NCBI GenBank assembly: GCA_001513185.1
Contig: LFST01000046.1
Location: 171,739-235,738, forward strand
DNA: 64,000 nt
DNA from: Candidatus Fermentithermobacillaceae bacterium DTU015
GTDB taxonomy: Bacteria; Bacillota; Sulfobacillia; Fermentithermobacillales; Fermentithermobacillaceae
Direction: 5' to 3'
The notes beneath the pieces were generated by a model. The model made no database searches, was not told where the DNA came from, and saw only the letters and a program-made list of their open reading frames with translations. Shown here one piece after another: positions 48,127-58,139 of this stretch (its first letter is position 1; each line of letters begins with the position of its first letter). The translations under genes and the position numbers were made by a program.

Positions 48127-49164
48127 ATGGATATAGCTTCTGTGTTTAGGAAGAAGGCCGAAGATGATCCTGCCATGGACGAGATCCGGATGGAACGGGC
48201 TGAGGAGCTGCATTCTGAGTGCTTGGTCATTGACGGACACCAGGGAACGCTGCTGGATGTGTTTAAGGGAGTCAGGAAGTTTGAAGAGGAATCTTCAGCG
48301 GGGCATTCTGATTTGCCGCGGCTAAAGCAGGCACAAGTGGATTGCGTAATCCTCAGTGCATTTCCCTATGACAGGTTACATCCCATACGTGGAGTACGGC
48401 AGGCTCTTGAGTACATAGACGTGTTTCACCGGTTGGCCAAAGTGCCTGGGCTAAGGCAAGTACTGCGGACCTCAGACATTGAAGATGCCAGAGAAGCCGG
48501 CGAGGTCGGTATCATGCTCAGCCTGGGCGATGGCGCTATGCTTGAAGGCAGCCTTGAGGCCCTCAGGATGTATCACAAACTGGGGGTGAGGATGCTGACG
48601 CTAACCTGGAACGAGAGGAATCAGCTGGGTGACGGTGCCGCGTTTTCCGTTTCCAGGGGCGGGCTTACCCCGTTCGGGTTCAAGGTGGTGAAAGAAGCAG
48701 CCAGGTTAGGCATGGTTATAGACGTAGCCCACCTGTCTGAAGCCGGGTTCTGGGATGTGTTGGATGTGGCCCAGGCCCCCTTTGTGGTAAGCCACGCCAA
48801 CTGTCACGCTTTGCTTGCCCATCCAAGGAACCTTACAGATGCCCAGCTTAAGGCGATCGGTGAAGCCGGAGGGCTGGTTGGAATTTCATTCAACCACGAA
48901 TACATTACCGGCACTGACGAAAAAGCCACCATTTCCCAGGTTGCGGATCACATCATCCACGCCATGGAGGTGGCCGGCGAAGACAGCGTGGGTTTGGGCA
49001 CGGACTTTGACAGTTTTGGAGAACCTGGGCCGGATCCTGTAACCCACATAGGCAAACTACCCCTGCTTACATTGGAACTTCTCAAGCGGGGTGTAACCGG
49101 ACAGCAGATAGAATCGCTCTTAGGCCGGAACTGGATGCGCGTCTTAAGAGCCGTGATGGGATAA
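48127..49164 (+). CDS. membrane dipeptidase (peptidase family M19)
   Basis: M19 blocks [34 protein letters not shown] and GLGTDFD. The true start may be ATG 48175. Confidence 0.85.
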   Translation: MDIASVFRKKAEDDPAMDEIRMERAEELHSECLVIDGHQGTLLDVFKGVRKFEEESSAGHSDLPRLKQAQVDCVILSAFPYDRLHPIRGVRQALEYIDVFHRLAKVPGLRQVLRTSDIEDAREAGEVGIMLSLGDGAMLEGSLEALRMYHKLGVRMLTLTWNERNQLGDGAAFSVSRGGLTPFGFKVVKEAARLGMVIDVAHLSEAGFWDVLDVAQAPFVVSHANCHALLAHPRNLTDAQLKAIGEAGGLVGISFNHEYITGTDEKATISQVADHIIHAMEVAGEDSVGLGTDFDSFGEPGPDPVTHIGKLPLLTLELLKRGVTGQQIESLLGRNWMRVLRAVMG

Positions 49165-49184
49165 GCAATGGGAGGCCCCAAGTC

Positions 49185-50762
49185 TTGGCTGTGAAAGTGC
49201 TCGTAGGGATGAATGCATTTAAGGGGAGTTTGCCGGCTCAAAAGGCGTGCGCCCTGGTTGCAGCCGGGTTCAGGCGGGGTTTTCCCGAAGCCCGTGTGGT
49301 TGAAATCCCCCTTGCCGACGGCGGCGACGGTACCCTGGATGTGCTGGTAGGTGCAAGATCGGGGACGAGCCAATATATGGAAGTAACCGGGCCTTACAAC
49401 CAGCCGGTAAAGTGCAAGCTGGGTTGGCTTCCAGGGGGCACGGCCGTCATAGAAAGTGCAGCATGCTCAGGACTTGCCCTGGCTGCGCCTGAGGAGCGGG
49501 ATGTGTTTTCTGCTACAAGTTACGGAGTAGGACAGCTAATGGCCCTGGCCGCTGACAGAGGCGCCCGCCGTGTAATCGTGGGGATAGGCGGCACTGCCAT
49601 GAATGACGGCGGCATAGGTATGGTGCAAGCAGCCGGAGGCAGGGTGCTTGACGGAGAAGGCCGCCAGGTTCCGCGAGGCATCTACGGGCTGAGGCAGGTG
49701 TCCCGGGTTGAACCCGGCGATATCCCGGAAAGGTTCAAAGGTATTGAGGTAATAGGGATTTGCGATGTTGACAGCCCTCTTACAGGACCTCAGGGCGCGA
49801 CCTGGGTGTATGGGCCCCAGAAGGGGCTCAAAGGGCAGGAACTCCATGAAGTGGATGGTTACATGGACCGGTACGGCCAGGTGCTGGCCAGGGACCTGGG
49901 GCGGGATCCCAGGGGACTACCCAGGGCAGGGGCCGGCGGCGGACTGGCTGCGGCCCTGTGGGCGTTTTTCGGTGCGAGCCTTGTGGACGGAGCAGGTTTC
50001 ATATTGGAAGAGACAGGCTTCCTGGATGAAATAGAAGGTGCGGCCCTTGTGATTACAGGCGAAGGCAGGATAGATTCCCAGACTCAGAAAGGGAAGGTGC
50101 CATATGCCGTAGCCAAGGCCGGATTTGAGCGGGGAGTGCCCGTGATAGCCCTCGGCGGCAGTTTGGACGGGGATGTGCTTACCGGCTACCCCCCTGAGTT
50201 TTCAGCGGTATTTGACAGTACAACCGGCCCTGGCACGGTGTGCCAAGCTATTGAAATGGCGGAACTTAGCTTGCCTTTTGTTGCAAGGCAGCTTGCACAG
50301 CTCACCAGGGCGGTGGTGCTCAAGGGCCCGGTGGCCAGGCGGGAGGTGTGTGCCGGGGGAGTGGTGTTCAGAAAACGTAACGGCAGGCGAGAGGTGCTCT
50401 TGATTGAAGACAGGTTCGGCTACCTGGCCCTGCCCAAAGGCCATGTGGATCAGGGAGAGACCCTTGAACAAGCCGCACTAAGGGAAGTCAAGGAGGAAAC
50501 AGGGCTTGACTGCGAGATTCTGGCTTATGCAGGGCCGTGTACATACAGGTTTTTCGGCAGCGGAGATGCAGGGAATGCCGGATGTTCGGTGGTTGAGAAG
50601 ACTGTTCATTATTATGCCATGAACCACACAGGGGGAGCACTTACACCCCAGCCAGGGGAAACTACCCGGGTGATGTGGGTCGGCCTGGATGATCTAAGCC
50701 GCATTAGGTCATATCCCGATACCAAGCCGCTCATCGAAAAAGCTGCAGAGCTATTGCCATAA
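49185..50762 (+). CDS. glycerate kinase fused to a C-terminal NUDIX hydrolase domain
   Basis: GlxK/GarK family N-terminal ~380 aa ([32 protein letters not shown]). C-terminal ~140 aa with a perfect Nudix box [23 protein letters not shown]. Confidence 0.85.
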   Translation: MAVKVLVGMNAFKGSLPAQKACALVAAGFRRGFPEARVVEIPLADGGDGTLDVLVGARSGTSQYMEVTGPYNQPVKCKLGWLPGGTAVIESAACSGLALAAPEERDVFSATSYGVGQLMALAADRGARRVIVGIGGTAMNDGGIGMVQAAGGRVLDGEGRQVPRGIYGLRQVSRVEPGDIPERFKGIEVIGICDVDSPLTGPQGATWVYGPQKGLKGQELHEVDGYMDRYGQVLARDLGRDPRGLPRAGAGGGLAAALWAFFGASLVDGAGFILEETGFLDEIEGAALVITGEGRIDSQTQKGKVPYAVAKAGFERGVPVIALGGSLDGDVLTGYPPEFSAVFDSTTGPGTVCQAIEMAELSLPFVARQLAQLTRAVVLKGPVARREVCAGGVVFRKRNGRREVLLIEDRFGYLALPKGHVDQGETLEQAALREVKEETGLDCEILAYAGPCTYRFFGSGDAGNAGCSVVEKTVHYYAMNHTGGALTPQPGETTRVMWVGLDDLSRIRSYPDTKPLIEKAAELLP

Positions 50763-50772
50763 AACGGCATGG

Positions 50773-50785
50773 ATGTGATATAATT
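50773..50785 (+). promoter_or_regulatory. extended -10 promoter element TGaTATAAT
   Basis: TGATATAAT lies immediately downstream of the glxK-nudix stop and ~130 nt upstream of the next CDS. The intervening leader is GC-rich with several inverted repeats. Confidence 0.4.
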
Positions 50786-50916
50786 CATAGTGCTGCGAAG
50801 GGCCCGGTGACCAGACGGAGCGCGCCTGTAAGCGTGTTCCCTGGGGCCGGGCCGTTTCTGCGTTTGGTCCGGCCCTCACACAAAACCATAGATCAATACG
50901 GTGTGGGGGAGTTCCT

Positions 50917-51597
50917 ATGGAAAACCGCATTCGCTTTGTACTTAGACTGTTTTTGCTTGTGTGTGTTTATGGGCTAATTGGCACCTTGGTGATGCGTCTG
51001 ATCTGGTTTGGCGATTCGTTTGTGTTCTTGACCGTAGAAGAATCCTCTCTGAATGCCATCACCGGATGGCCGCTGAGCATGCCTCAGGGACCCCGGGTGT
51101 TCATTGACGCCCGGGAAAGGACGTTGGTGATCCCTGAGAAACGGAACCTCTTGGGTGTGTGCCTGGGAGTGTACTACAGTGCCACCTCCCAAGGTGTTGG
51201 ATTTGACGAGCGCCTGATCTTTTCCATAACAGGCAAAGCCGGCTTGGATCTTACCGCACCTGCGTCTTTGGTGGTTCCGGGGATAGGCGGCGGTGAAGTG
51301 GAACTTGTGAACAACCTGGCTAGGGTGGTTGCCGGGGACCTCAAAGTGCTGGCTACCAAACGGGACGGTACGGTTGAAATAGAGTACGGCTCAAGGCGCA
51401 TTACCCTAAGCCCCGGTGAATCCTGGGCCGAGCTCTTGGTGCTAGAGCCCGGCGGGCCCAGGGCGGTGTCGGCAGACAATTGGCAGGAAGAGTTGGACAG
51501 GTGCGTGAGCTTGGGATACCCAGCCACACGGCTGGCGATAGCCAACAGGGGGCTCTGGCCCAAATCCGGGGTTAAGGCAGGGATAGGCTATGAGTAA
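50917..51597 (+). CDS. hypothetical N-terminally membrane-anchored protein
   Basis: One N-terminal TM helix, 226 aa. Overlaps the start of the downstream large gene by 8 nt. Confidence 0.5.
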   Translation: MENRIRFVLRLFLLVCVYGLIGTLVMRLIWFGDSFVFLTVEESSLNAITGWPLSMPQGPRVFIDARERTLVIPEKRNLLGVCLGVYYSATSQGVGFDERLIFSITGKAGLDLTAPASLVVPGIGGGEVELVNNLARVVAGDLKVLATKRDGTVEIEYGSRRITLSPGESWAELLVLEPGGPRAVSADNWQEELDRCVSLGYPATRLAIANRGLWPKSGVKAGIGYE

Positions 51598-54409
51598 GAG
51601 GCGCCGGGTCAGAGCCCGCAAGCATCCACATGGGGGAAGGAGTCTGCCGGCGAAGGCCAAGAACTTGACGGGCCGTGCCGGGAGCTTGACCGGCAGTGTC
51701 AGGAACTTACATGGCCGTGCCGCTGCGTTTGCGGTGATTCTGTGTATACTGGCAAACATCACGGTGGCCTCCGGTGCAGCTGCTTCTTCCAGGACCGCCC
51801 AAGTAAGTGATGCTCCGTGGAAACCTCTGGTGCTCATCGGGGAGCCGGCCCAAAAAGAAGGTGGAAGTATATGGGATAAAGCGGGGCTTGTCTCCAGGCT
51901 GAAAGCCGCAGGTTACAAGCCAGGTGAGAGTTTGTTTGTGTACACCCCGGAGGAACCTTACGGGGACTTGGATTCAGGCGCCCGTATTTTACGCCAGCTG
52001 TTGGATGAGGTAGTAAGCGCCACTGGATGCAAACTTTTGGATGTGGCCGCCTACGGAGTGTCGGGGCTGGTGCTGAGGTTTGGGCTGGAAACGGGGATCA
52101 TCCAAGATGGCTTGGTAGATACTGCGATCATGTTAAGTTCGCCCCAACGAGGTTCTTTCCTGGCTGACCTATTGCATCAGGCGTGTACTGTGGTGGAGCA
52201 CGAGTGTATGTTTGAACGGGAAACTAGGTATCAAAGGTTTTCCCCTTTCGGAGATGTGGGGGCTGCTTTGGATCCCAAGGCGGTGACCGCCAAGAGCACG
52301 GGCGGGCTGCCTGGCTCTATAGGTACCGCCATGTTTTCCTGGGAGGGAGAAGCATGGTGGGTGGCGCAAAGGGCCCGGGAACTCTACGAGCCTCTGTACA
52401 GCCAGTACGTGCAGGAGAGGTTCCTGTCGCTTCCGTACGTGCCGGTGGATTCGCCTAGCCAGACCTTTGCCGGGTGGATAAAGCAAAACCGCCCCCTTAT
52501 ATGGGAAAACTGCATCGCAGGGGCGGGCGAGCCGCCGTTTGGGGCCATGCCGGATACTGCCCTGAGTGGACCGCCTCAAGCGGGGCAGGATTTCACTACA
52601 GCATATTACGAGCTCCTTGCCATGGCAGTCGGCAGGAACCAATACGTCCTAAGGATGGCTGCTGCGGGCAGCCTGGTCCAGAGCTTGTTGTCATCCCCGG
52701 GAGGCCCTATGCCAGGTAGCCTCAAGGACGCCATCATACAGTACGGGCTCAAAGCGCTGGTGCACTACGCCAAGAAAGCGCTGGTGACCGTCAAGGCGGA
52801 AATCCAGAGGATCATAGCAGACACCATCGTGGGCTCGGTAGGATACCTGGACGGCCCGGATAGCAAGTTCTTGAGGAGGCTGGTCAAAGAAGAAGTCCTG
52901 GTCAATTTAGGCACTTCGTCAGGCCAGAGGTTCTACAGGGTACCTGCCAACTACTATCTGGGCCAGCTCAACCGGAAGTCGTCCTCAGCTGCTTCTACCC
53001 GCAACACCCGTTTTGTGACCATAACAGGCCGGGTTACCAACCTCCTGGGCTTGGTGTGGCCCCAGCTGGGCCCCAATAACCTGTTCTGCGAAGTGGATGC
53101 TGCAGTGCCGCCCCAGGGGCCTAGGGACGTAATCCGGGTGTTCTCAGGATTCCTGTCTCCGTCGTACCTTAACCTGCTCAAAGACCAAAGGGTTCAGGAT
53201 AGCATAGTGGCGATGCTGCTGGGTTCGGATGAAGTAAAGCGGTTTACGCCTGGGGCCGGCGGTCCGGAGCAGATTCCTGCGTCTAGCTGGCAACCGGCCT
53301 ATGTGTCCCCTGTCTGGGATGACAGCCAAGGACAGGTGTTCGAGGTTTCAGTGAACCTACCTTCGTTGCCTGAAGGATGGGAGTGTGCCGTGTGGATCGA
53401 GGGCTATGACGGAGGGCGGTGGCTGCGTGTGCCCGGTTGGTACCAAGTGCTTTCCGGAGGAACCAAAACAGAGTTGCTGCTCAAGGACGGCTCGTACAGG
53501 GTTGGCGTGCGTCTGGTCAGGACAGGAACGCTGAACCCTTATACCCCCGGTGGCAAAGTTGAGTCTGCGTTTGAACGTGAGGTAGTGGGCAAGATCTGGG
53601 TCAGCGTGCAAGGTTTGGCCGGATCTGGCACCGGTCAAGCCGGCGGTGCCGGAAATCCCCAAGTTCCTGGTGCCGGCGGTGGTGAGCCGGGGAACGTTTC
53701 CCAGGACCCACGTCACGGCCAAGGCTACGAGCCAGGAATTGTCCCTCCCGGCATGGGTCAAGCTACCGATATTCCCGGAGCGGGGGAACAAGGGAACCCC
53801 GATTCTCCTGGGGCTTGGACAGGTGAAGGGGATATCCCTAGCGTGAGAGTGGTCTACAGGTCCAAACACACTACCTTGTGGAAACCCCAGGAGACGTATC
53901 ATGCATATTGGGAGATCGATTTCGGGGATGGGGAAACCATTGTGGTGCAAGGGCAGCCTAATCTGGAGATAAGCCACACATTTAGCCCCTCAGGCCGTTA
54001 CCTGGTGCGGGCGGTTTCGTACGATAATCATAACCAGATGCTGTTTGAGAAAAGCTGGCATGTATTGACGGGAGATCAGCCGGAACTTAGGCAATTCCAG
54101 TGTTCCAGTATTATCCCGCCCGAGGTAGAATTAGAACTGACCGGGCCCAAGAAGTGGGTCACCGGTAAGCATGCGTTGTTCTCAGGCAAGGCGCAGTGGA
54201 AATTGCCAGCCGGGGCACGTGTGGTGGCCGCTGAGTGCGATCCCGGAGAGAATTTTCACGTGCTCTGGGAGCGCTCAGGAGAGTTTACGGTGCTCTGGGC
54301 GGTTAGACTCACCATAGACTATGAACTAGAGGACAGGGTAATCAGGGTAAAGAATACCTATCTTACGCAAACACAGGTGGATGTGTTTACCCCGGGGATT
54401 ACCCAGTGA
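51590..54409 (+). CDS. large secreted/cell-surface protein: N-terminal TM/signal, lipase-like alpha/beta fold, Gly/Pro-rich linker, PKD domain
   Basis: N-terminal hydrophobic segment AAAFAVILCILANITVA. Lipase-like block with AYGVSG at the expected GxSxG position. PKD-like WEIDFGDGETIV...SHTFSPSGRYLVRAVSYDN. G/P-rich low-complexity linker. Confidence 0.7.
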   Translation: MSKRRRVRARKHPHGGRSLPAKAKNLTGRAGSLTGSVRNLHGRAAAFAVILCILANITVASGAAASSRTAQVSDAPWKPLVLIGEPAQKEGGSIWDKAGLVSRLKAAGYKPGESLFVYTPEEPYGDLDSGARILRQLLDEVVSATGCKLLDVAAYGVSGLVLRFGLETGIIQDGLVDTAIMLSSPQRGSFLADLLHQACTVVEHECMFERETRYQRFSPFGDVGAALDPKAVTAKSTGGLPGSIGTAMFSWEGEAWWVAQRARELYEPLYSQYVQERFLSLPYVPVDSPSQTFAGWIKQNRPLIWENCIAGAGEPPFGAMPDTALSGPPQAGQDFTTAYYELLAMAVGRNQYVLRMAAAGSLVQSLLSSPGGPMPGSLKDAIIQYGLKALVHYAKKALVTVKAEIQRIIADTIVGSVGYLDGPDSKFLRRLVKEEVLVNLGTSSGQRFYRVPANYYLGQLNRKSSSAASTRNTRFVTITGRVTNLLGLVWPQLGPNNLFCEVDAAVPPQGPRDVIRVFSGFLSPSYLNLLKDQRVQDSIVAMLLGSDEVKRFTPGAGGPEQIPASSWQPAYVSPVWDDSQGQVFEVSVNLPSLPEGWECAVWIEGYDGGRWLRVPGWYQVLSGGTKTELLLKDGSYRVGVRLVRTGTLNPYTPGGKVESAFEREVVGKIWVSVQGLAGSGTGQAGGAGNPQVPGAGGGEPGNVSQDPRHGQGYEPGIVPPGMGQATDIPGAGEQGNPDSPGAWTGEGDIPSVRVVYRSKHTTLWKPQETYHAYWEIDFGDGETIVVQGQPNLEISHTFSPSGRYLVRAVSYDNHNQMLFEKSWHVLTGDQPELRQFQCSSIIPPEVELELTGPKKWVTGKHALFSGKAQWKLPAGARVVAAECDPGENFHVLWERSGEFTVLWAVRLTIDYELEDRVIRVKNTYLTQTQVDVFTPGITQ

Positions 54410-54488
54410 CCGGAGGATACCTGTGGAACTTGATGGCAGCTGTTGCGTCAAGACTACAAAGGCAAGCCTGAGCCGGAGGTGCAAGCAA

Positions 54489-55223
54489 ATGATAAAGGTA
54501 CGCAAACTCACAAAAATCTATCGTATGGGCAAGGTTGAAGTGCCCGCCCTCAGGGAAGTTGACTTGGATATACCAAAAGGCCAGTTTGTTGCGATAATGG
54601 GGCCCTCCGGGTCAGGGAAGTCAACCCTCATGAACATCCTGGGATGCCTCGACAGGCCCACTTCCGGGGAGTATTACCTTGACGGTGACGACGTCAGCAA
54701 GAAATCTGATAACCAATTGGCCGAGATACGCAACCAATGCATCGGTTTCATTTTCCAATCCTACAACCTGCTGTCGAGGATTGATGCCACGTCCAACGTG
54801 GAGTTACCCCTGATATACAGGGGCGTGCCTCCCCGGGAACGGCGCGACAGGGCCATTAAGGCTTTGGAAGCTGTGGGGCTAGCAAGGCGAGCCGGGCACA
54901 AGCCCAACGAGATGTCAGGAGGAGAGCAGCAGCGGGTGGCTATTGCCAGGGCTATTGTAGGCGGGCCCAAGGTGATCCTGGCAGACGAGCCTACAGGCAA
55001 CCTGGACTCCAGGTCTGGAGAAGAGATTATGGTGATTTTCCAAGAACTCCACAGACAGGGCATAACCATCGTGCTGGTAACCCACGACCCTGACATCGCA
55101 AGGCATTCTGAGAGGATAATCTCGCTAAAAGACGGCAGGATCCTTTCAGATGAGATGGTCCAGGACCCCCTGGACGCCAGGGAACTGCTAGCTGCTATGC
55201 CCCAGCCAGACGTGTCAGCTTAG
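54489..55223 (+). CDS. ABC transporter ATP-binding protein (MacB/LolD/FtsE-like), no adjacent permease
   Basis: Walker A GPSGSGKST, signature MSGGEQQR, Walker B ILADEPTGNLD. ATG 54489 after SD GGAGGTG. Confidence 0.85.
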   Translation: MIKVRKLTKIYRMGKVEVPALREVDLDIPKGQFVAIMGPSGSGKSTLMNILGCLDRPTSGEYYLDGDDVSKKSDNQLAEIRNQCIGFIFQSYNLLSRIDATSNVELPLIYRGVPPRERRDRAIKALEAVGLARRAGHKPNEMSGGEQQRVAIARAIVGGPKVILADEPTGNLDSRSGEEIMVIFQELHRQGITIVLVTHDPDIARHSERIISLKDGRILSDEMVQDPLDARELLAAMPQPDVSA

Positions 55224-55294
55224 CAGATTAGCAGAGCCTTTAGCGAGGGTTGAGTGTGGACTAAGGGCGCTCCTAGTAGAGAGCGCCCTGCTGC

Positions 55295-55702
55295 TTACTG
55301 GCTCATTATCTGTTCAGCCAAGCGCCTCATAAGTTCGGCTCCTTCCGGAGAGCTGAGGAATGAGGCCAACGCTTCGCCCAGCGCTTCCCGGAACTCAGGC
55401 GAATCCATGGCTTCCTCGAGCATTTGCCTTAGAGTAAGGGGTGCCTGGCTGCGCATGATGTCGTTTACCAGGGCTTTCCCTTGCTCGGAGCACAGGATGT
55501 CCTGGATAAGGGACTTGAGGATAGACTGGTCCAGTACAGCTTGGGCTGAGTCATCTTCAGAACCTGTCCCGGCAATTGTCTGCTGCCAACTCAAGATCAC
55601 ATGGGGTGCATAGTAGGCCAAGCCGGCGAGCGCCCCCATGGATAAACATGCGCCGATAGCAACTCCCAGAAGTATGTATGCCATCTGCTGTCTCCCAGAC
55701 AC
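55295..55702 (-). CDS. hypothetical membrane protein
   Basis: N-terminal TM helix, 135 aa, no recognisable family. Confidence 0.45.
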   Translation of the reverse strand: MSGRQQMAYILLGVAIGACLSMGALAGLAYYAPHVILSWQQTIAGTGSEDDSAQAVLDQSILKSLIQDILCSEQGKALVNDIMRSQAPLTLRQMLEEAMDSPEFREALGEALASFLSSPEGAELMRRLAEQIMSQ

Positions 55703-55801
55703 TTGTGTTTGCCCTCCCGGCGGGTTGTGTTTTATGTTGATAGCATGCGTGGAATAGTATGTTATTATTCCATGGTGGTATGATTGGTAGAGGTGATAAC
55801 T

Positions 55802-56554
55802 ATGAAGCCTGTGCTCTTTACCATAGGCGGGATAAAGTTCTACTCATACGGCCTTATGGTTGGTCTGGGATACGTGCTTGGCGCGAGGATAGCTGTTAGC
55901 ATGGCCAGGAAAAAGGGAATCAATCCCGACTCCCTGTTCGATTTCTTTCTGCTTTTGTTCGTGGCCGGAGTCTTGGGTGGCCGGTTGCTTCACGTGGCAC
56001 TCAATCCCGCCGTGTATCAGGATTTGCGGGCGGTTTTCGATCTCAGGGACGGCGGGCTGTCTATCCACGGTGTGCTCTTGGGAGGGCTTCTCGCCGTAAT
56101 CTTGTATTGCCGGGTGAAAAAAGTCCGCCTTGGGTTGCTGCTTGATGTAGTGGTGCCTGGGGTTGCTTTGGGACAATCGATTGGCAGGTGGGGCTGCCTG
56201 TTTAATGGTTGCTGTTACGGTAAGCTTACGGGCGGCGACTGGGGCGTGCTCACCAGATACGCTCCGGGGCTCAGGCATCCTTACCCTATCTACGAGAGCA
56301 TTGCTGATCTTGTGTTGTTTGCGTTGCTTATAAGGTTGTCTCGAAGGCTAGAGTTTGACGGTGGCTTGTTTGCAATCTACCTCGCCGGATACGGGACCAT
56401 TCGCTTTGTGCTTGAGTTTTTCAGGGACAACTACAGTTTTGTGTTGGGGCTGAGCCAGGCTCAATGGGTCTCGGTCTTGCTTATTGGCTCCGGTTTGGCC
56501 TGTTTTGCATATCTAAAGCATAAAGCCGGCATCAAGAACCGCACTTTGTCCTGA
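55802..56554 (+). CDS. lgt: prolipoprotein diacylglyceryl transferase
   Basis: Lgt signature blocks GGIKFYSYGLM, GGRLLHV and LSIHGVLLGG. ATG 55802 after SD GGTAGAGGTGA. Confidence 0.9.
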   Translation: MKPVLFTIGGIKFYSYGLMVGLGYVLGARIAVSMARKKGINPDSLFDFFLLLFVAGVLGGRLLHVALNPAVYQDLRAVFDLRDGGLSIHGVLLGGLLAVILYCRVKKVRLGLLLDVVVPGVALGQSIGRWGCLFNGCCYGKLTGGDWGVLTRYAPGLRHPYPIYESIADLVLFALLIRLSRRLEFDGGLFAIYLAGYGTIRFVLEFFRDNYSFVLGLSQAQWVSVLLIGSGLACFAYLKHKAGIKNRTLS

Positions 56555-56633
56555 CAATATTAACCGTATTCCCCAAAATCCGAAATACTGTAAGGACGGT
56601 TGTGAAAGTAAGCACAAAGGGGGTGACAAGGTG

Positions 56634-58139
56634 ATGGGCAAACTTGCTATCTCACAAGAGGAACTGGAAATCACACTCAACGGGATTGACGTAGGGATAA
56701 TGCTGGTTGATTCCGCGGGCCGCATTGTGTTTGCCAATCACAAGGCAGGTTTGCTCCTGGGCTGCGCCGGATACGAGATGGTAGGGAACAGGTTCGGTGA
56801 GTTTATGCGCCGTGTTGTTGCACCTAATATCATGAGCTCCGACGGCTTTACCGGTTGGGTTGACATAGTCGACTGCGCTTTGCCGTTTTCAGGGGAAGAT
56901 CTCAAGTTTGATTGCCAGGTTGAGTACGAAAGCAAGGGGCAAAAGCGGATCCTCAAGCTTGTGGCGATTCCCGTCCAAAGGCCTGGGCAAAGCAGCCTGA
57001 AAACCGTTATTACCATCAGCCTCATGTCTCACGGCGATGGTTCTCTTCAAGATGTACTGGAGTCAGACATGCTTGGCTCCGGTTGGAACGGGTTTTCATA
57101 CGGACCCTATACACCTCTTATCGATCAGGCGGATATCGACAGGGACATCATCGCGTCAAAGGAAATGAGGGTGATATTCCGCATCACCCAGGAGATGAGG
57201 AAACTCCTAGATTTGGACGACTTGCTCAAACACATCTTGTCCATAGTGTCGACTGAGATGCGCTACACTGACTGTTCCATTTTGCTCCCTGACGAAGACG
57301 GACAGAACCTTGTGATGTCCGCGGGGTTAGGTATGTCCCAAGAGCTGATCGGGATCAGAATCCCTCGCGGCATAGGAATTTCCTGGTGGGTTATGGAACA
57401 CGGCCAGCCCCAGAACGTGCCTGATGTCAAAGTGGACCACAGGTATTATCCAGGGGCTCCGGAGGTGGCTTCAGAAGTGTATGTACCCCTTGAGGTGCGG
57501 GGCAAGCGCCTTGGGGTACTGGTTGTGCAAAAACCTGAGAAGTACGGTTTTACTCCCACTGACGTGAAGCTGCTCATGGCAGTTGCCGGGCACATTGCGT
57601 CGGCCTTGGAGGTGGCACAACTGCACAGCCAGGTCAAGAAAGCGGCCGAGACTGATAGCCTAACCGGGCTATATAATAGAAGCAGCACAGTGTGTGCCCT
57701 GGACCGGTTCATAGAAAGTGCCAAGCAGCACAAAGGCCCTGAGTGCATCTCAATCATCTTGCTGGATGTAGACAGGTTGAAGTATATCAACGACAACTAT
57801 GGACACCTGGCAGGCGACCGGGTGCTGGTGCACATCGCCCAAAGCCTCACCAGGGGGTTCAGGGCCGATGATATAGTAGGCAGGTTCGGAGGTGACGAGT
57901 TCATAGTTTTGCTGCCCGGAGTCCGCCCTGAGCTGGCAGGTGAGCGTATACAGCAGATTATATCCGGCTGGCTTGATGCAACCCTCACGGATCCGGCGGG
58001 CAGGCAGATTCCGGTGCCCAGCGCTTCGTTCGGCATAGCGTGCTACCCCGTTGACGGGGCGGAGTCGCGGTTGCTTGTGGCAGCAGCTGACAACAAGCTT
58101 CTGGCAGCAAAAGCCAAGGCCTATGAAAACATACGTTGA
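56634..58139 (+). CDS. sensor diguanylate cyclase (PAS-GAF-GGDEF)
   Basis: PAS-like N-terminus, GAF-like middle, C-terminal GGDEF domain with RFGGDEF active site. Confidence 0.85.
   Translation: MGKLAISQEELEITLNGIDVGIMLVDSAGRIVFANHKAGLLLGCAGYEMVGNRFGEFMRRVVAPNIMSSDGFTGWVDIVDCALPFSGEDLKFDCQVEYESKGQKRILKLVAIPVQRPGQSSLKTVITISLMSHGDGSLQDVLESDMLGSGWNGFSYGPYTPLIDQADIDRDIIASKEMRVIFRITQEMRKLLDLDDLLKHILSIVSTEMRYTDCSILLPDEDGQNLVMSAGLGMSQELIGIRIPRGIGISWWVMEHGQPQNVPDVKVDHRYYPGAPEVASEVYVPLEVRGKRLGVLVVQKPEKYGFTPTDVKLLMAVAGHIASALEVAQLHSQVKKAAETDSLTGLYNRSSTVCALDRFIESAKQHKGPECISIILLDVDRLKYINDNYGHLAGDRVLVHIAQSLTRGFRADDIVGRFGGDEFIVLLPGVRPELAGERIQQIISGWLDATLTDPAGRQIPVPSASFGIACYPVDGAESRLLVAAADNKLLAAKAKAYENIR

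Noticed and set aside
50795-50880. Guanidine-III (ykkC-III)-like riboswitch in the leader before 50917 (GGTGACCAGACGGAGCGCG)
   Set aside because: Only a loose resemblance to the CCGGACGAGGUG...GGACAAGACGG pseudoknot consensus. The downstream gene is not a SugE/EmrE-type exporter.
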